Assembly: GCA_965248575.1 (NCBI GenBank)
Contig: CBDFJQ010000002.1
Span: forward strand, 2,880,001 to 2,944,000
Origin: Planctomycetota bacterium
GTDB lineage: Bacteria > Planctomycetota > B15-G4
DNA length: 64,000 nucleotides
Direction: 5' to 3'
How positions within the stretch are numbered: the stretch's first letter is position 1; the number at the start of each line of letters is the position of its first letter. Both the position numbers and the translations under genes were made by a program. Below are positions 60,536 through 64,000 of this stretch, in pieces. The notes below the pieces were generated by a model. That model made no database searches, was not told the origin of the DNA, and was given only the letters and a program-made list of their open reading frames with translations.

Positions 60536-62209
60536 CTAGAACAACCCAGAGATCTTCCCGTCGGCGTCGACGTCGATGGCCTCCGCCGAGGGCACCCGCG
60601 GCAAGCCGGGCATGGTCATGATGCTGCCCGTGAGAACGAGCACGAAGCCGGCGCCTGCGCGCAACTCAACCGCCCGCAGGGGCACATCGAAGTCCCTCGG
60701 CCGGCCCTTGAGCGCGGGGTCCGTCGAGAAGGAGTACTGGGTCTTCGCCATGCAGATGGGGAGATCCCCATAGCCATCCTTCTCCAGCTTCTTGAGCTGA
60801 TTACGCAGCTTGGTGTCGGCCAGGATGTCGTTGGCGTGGTAGATCTCCCGCGCGATGGTGCGCACCTTCTGGAACAAGCTGTCGTGGTCGGAGTAGAGCG
60901 GGTGGAACTCCGCCGTCCCGCCTTCCACCGCCTCGACCACGGCTTCCGCCAGTTGGGTCGCCCCGACACCACCCCGTGCCCAGTGGTCTGAACGCACCAC
61001 GGGCGAGCCAATGCGTTCTGCGGCGGCCAGCACCACAGCGACTTCAGCCTCGGTGTCGCCGGAGAACTCGTTCACGCAGACCACGACAGGCACGCCGAAG
61101 CGACGCAAGTTGTGGACATGCTGTTCGAGGTGTGGGATCCCGCGCTCGACAGCACCCACATCTTCCGCGGCCAGGTCCTCCAAGGCAGCGCCACCCTGGA
61201 GTTTCAGCGCACGGATCGTGGCCACGATCACCGTGGCCGAGGGGCTCAAGCCCGCGGAACGGCACTTGATGTCGAAGAACTTCTCGGCGCCGAGGTCCGC
61301 ACCAAAACCCGCCTCGGTGATGGTGTAGTCGGCGAGTCGCAATCCGAGCTGCGTTGCCATGACGCTGTTGCAGCCGTGGGCGATGTTCGCGAACGGACCA
61401 CCGTGCACGAAGGCCGGGTTGTTCTCGAGCGTCTGCACCAGGTTCGGTGCCAGAGCGTCGCGCAGGAGGGCCGTCATGGCGCCCTGCACGTTGATCTCAC
61501 TGGCCGCGACCGGTGCCCGGTCGTAGGTGCTGCCGACAATCACCTTGCCCAGCCGCTCACGCAGGTCTTCGAGCGACCGCGACAGGCAGAAGATGGCCAT
61601 GACCTCCGAGGACGCCGTGATGGCGAAGCCCGTCTCCCTGGGCATCGCATTGGCCACGCCGCCCAGGCCCACCACGATGTCGCGCAACGCGCGGTCGTTG
61701 AGGTCGAGCACGCGGTTCCAGGTGATGCGCCGAGGGTCGAGACCCAGGCGGTTCTTCTGATGCAGGTGGTTGTCGATCGCGGCCGACAGCAGGTTGTGCG
61801 CCGACGTGATGGCGTGGAAGTCGCCCGTGAAATGGAGGTTGATGTCCTCCATGGGCACGATCTGCGAATAGCCGCCCCCGGCCGCGCCACCCTTCATGCC
61901 GAAGCACGGCCCCAAGGAAGGTTCCCTCAGGCAGACCACCGTCTTCTTTCCGATTCGGTTGAGTGCGTCGCCCAGGCCGACCGTCGTGGTGGTCTTGCCC
62001 TCGCCCGCAGGCGTGGGCGAGATGGCGGTGACCAACACGAGCTTGCCCGCAGGCTTGTCCATCATGCGTTTGCAGAGGTCCAGGCTCACCTTCGCCTTCG
62101 TGTGCCCATAGGGCACCAGGTCCTCAGAGCCGATCCCCAGGCGCTTGGCAACCTCGCCAATCGGCTGCATCTTCGCCTCGCGAGCAATGTCCAGGTCGAT
62201 GGAACCCAT
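60536..62209 (-). CDS. fhs: Formate--tetrahydrofolate ligase
   Basis: [32 protein letters not shown]. True start MGSIDLDIA at 62209. Confidence 0.95.
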   Translation of the reverse strand: MGSIDLDIAREAKMQPIGEVAKRLGIGSEDLVPYGHTKAKVSLDLCKRMMDKPAGKLVLVTAISPTPAGEGKTTTTVGLGDALNRIGKKTVVCLREPSLGPCFGMKGGAAGGGYSQIVPMEDINLHFTGDFHAITSAHNLLSAAIDNHLHQKNRLGLDPRRITWNRVLDLNDRALRDIVVGLGGVANAMPRETGFAITASSEVMAIFCLSRSLEDLRERLGKVIVGSTYDRAPVAASEINVQGAMTALLRDALAPNLVQTLENNPAFVHGGPFANIAHGCNSVMATQLGLRLADYTITEAGFGADLGAEKFFDIKCRSAGLSPSATVIVATIRALKLQGGAALEDLAAEDVGAVERGIPHLEQHVHNLRRFGVPVVVCVNEFSGDTEAEVAVVLAAAERIGSPVVRSDHWARGGVGATQLAEAVVEAVEGGTAEFHPLYSDHDSLFQKVRTIAREIYHANDILADTKLRNQLKKLEKDGYGDLPICMAKTQYSFSTDPALKGRPRDFDVPLRAVELRAGAGFVLVLTGSIMTMPGLPRVPSAEAIDVDADGKISGLF

Positions 62210-62367
62210 AGAAGACGATCCGCAGGGGGGGGTGGTGATCCGTGGGCCGCGCCGAACCGGCTCCTGCCACAGGCCCCGGCAGGATAGCAGGCGAGCCCCG
62301 CCAACCGGCTGCGTAGGATGGGACGCCGCCGACCCTTCGCTGGCACGATGACCCTGCAGCGCGCGGC

Positions 62368-64000
62368 ATGGCTTCGTCGCGGCATCGCTCCGCCCGAACC
62401 CGTGCGTCCCCCTCGAGAGTTCGCGTGTCCTTCCTGCGCCGTCGCCGTGCCGAACAACGCCCCCAGCCACCCGACCCGGTGCTGGTCGCCACGGGCTACC
62501 ACCAACGCACGAAGCACCACCCCCATCGCTTCGCGGCCTCCCTTGGCTACCTCGACTGGGACTCCCAACCGGACCCCTTCCGGCGCTACCACGGTGCGCG
62601 ACTGTGCCCGCTCCCACACCCGGCGTGCGAGCCCGAAGGCGGACGCCAGACCGACGAGCAGTCGCTCGACATGCCGCGTGCCCCGTCGGATCCAGGGTTT
62701 GCCGAGATCCCCTACCGAGACCTCTTTGCCCGCAGCAGCCAGCCGCCCGGCCCCCTGACTGTCGAGAGCATCTCGGACCTGCTCTATCACTCTCTCGCCC
62801 TCTCTGCCTGGAAGTCCGCAGAGGGCAATCACTGGTCGCTGCGCGTGAACCCATCCAGCGGCAACCTGCACCCCACCGAAGCCACCCTGCTGCTCCCGGC
62901 GCTGACGGGCTCCCCAGAATTCGCCCAGCCCGGCGTTTTCCACTATGCCCCCCGGGAGCATGGGCTGGAGCGGCGGGCCGAGCTTGACGCGAGCCTCTGG
63001 AGCGCTCTGCGACGCACCCTGCCCGAGGGCTCCTTCTTCGTGCTGCTGAGCTCCATCCCCTGGCGCGAGAGCTGGAAGTACGGCGAACGCGCTTACCGTT
63101 ACTGCCAACACGATGTGGGCCACGCCCTTGGTGCCCTCCGCTTCGGGGCGGCCCTCCAGGGATGGACGCTGCGCGTGCTGCCGTGCTCTGACAGCTTGCT
63201 GGAGAGTTTGCTGGGAACAAGCGCCCAAGCGCCACAAGCACACCCCCAGGAACCAGAGCTGGCCGAAGTGCTCGCGGTGATCTCCCCGTCCAACGCGCCA
63301 GCGTCCGGCAGCCTGCAGGTCTTCAGCGCTGCCGAGGAGCGACAGTTGATCGCACGCTTCGACACCCTCGACTGGCAAGGCAAGCCGAACCAACTGAGCC
63401 CCGAACACCATCCCTGGGATCTCGTAGACGTGGTGGCGGCGGCATGCCGCAGTTTGGAACCGGCCTCTTCGCTCCCGGCGTCCGCAGAACCCTCGCCTGC
63501 AGCCACCAATCTCCCATGGCTCCAATCGGCTCGTGACGTCACGCCCCCCGCAGCCCGCGCGCTGGTCCGGCGCCGCCGCAGCGCCATGTCCCTGGACGGT
63601 CGCAGCTCCATGCCGCTCCAGGACTTCCAGCGCCTGCTCGCGAGCACGGTGCCGCGGCTCAGCCCGTCCCTGTGGGACGCCTGGCCCTTCGCGCCGGCGG
63701 TGCATCTGGGCCTCTTCGTGCACCGTGTCGAAGGCCTGACGCCCGGTCTGTACGCACTGCTACGAGATGACAGCGCCCTCGACGAGCTCAAGGCTGCCAT
63801 GCACCAGACTTTCAGCTGGGAACACCCGGAGGAGATTTCCGCACAGCTGCCTCTCTACCGTCTGGCGAAGGGAGACCTTCGTCGCCCCGCCGCCAACATG
63901 AGCTGCAACCAGGACATCGCTGGCGACGGCGCCTTCAGCCTGGGGATGCTCGCTGCCTTCGACGCCACCCTGGCCAGTCGCGGGGCCTGTGGATACCGCG
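62368..64000 (+). CDS. SagB/ThcOx-like nitroreductase-family protein, 3' partial; start uncertain
   Basis: Own frame-1 translation: YHQRTKH...[13 protein letters not shown]...[14 protein letters not shown]...[19 protein letters not shown]...RRRSA. Runs off the window end. Confidence 0.85.
   Translation, partial: MASSRHRSARTRASPSRVRVSFLRRRRAEQRPQPPDPVLVATGYHQRTKHHPHRFAASLGYLDWDSQPDPFRRYHGARLCPLPHPACEPEGGRQTDEQSLDMPRAPSDPGFAEIPYRDLFARSSQPPGPLTVESISDLLYHSLALSAWKSAEGNHWSLRVNPSSGNLHPTEATLLLPALTGSPEFAQPGVFHYAPREHGLERRAELDASLWSALRRTLPEGSFFVLLSSIPWRESWKYGERAYRYCQHDVGHALGALRFGAALQGWTLRVLPCSDSLLESLLGTSAQAPQAHPQEPELAEVLAVISPSNAPASGSLQVFSAAEERQLIARFDTLDWQGKPNQLSPEHHPWDLVDVVAAACRSLEPASSLPASAEPSPAATNLPWLQSARDVTPPAARALVRRRRSAMSLDGRSSMPLQDFQRLLASTVPRLSPSLWDAWPFAPAVHLGLFVHRVEGLTPGLYALLRDDSALDELKAAMHQTFSWEHPEEISAQLPLYRLAKGDLRRPAANMSCNQDIAGDGAFSLGMLAAFDATLASRGACGYR

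Overview
High-GC bacterial chromosomal window. The gene repertoire (CHAT, FG-GAP, YHS-repeat and many unknown secreted proteins) suggests Planctomycetota, but this is inference only. About 48 coding regions are supported: secreted/unknown proteins (1-17 kb), an acyl-CoA operon with two cyclophilins and a fused aconitase-family enzyme (17.4-24.9 kb), and housekeeping genes (thiolase, FIST, SSS transporter, GT4/WcaJ, dusB, UbiD-family decarboxylase, PNP/hpt, xylAB, S10 peptidase, fhs, SagB-like nitroreductase). Two features are missed by the ORF track. (1) A lower-GC integron gene-cassette array with no integrase in the window (CALIN-like, ~25.9-30.5 kb) has intact and decaying attC sites and carries an RloC-like ABC-ATPase/HEPN nuclease plus several unknown ORFs. 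(2) A probable exported selenoprotein (49826-51238) has an in-frame TGA forming a UxxC thioredoxin motif, followed by an fdhF-like SECIS hairpin. Also seen: a frameshifted paralogue pair flanking an alkB-family gene, a small lower-GC zincin island and a long REP-like palindrome. No rRNA, tRNA, CRISPR array or transposase was recognised.
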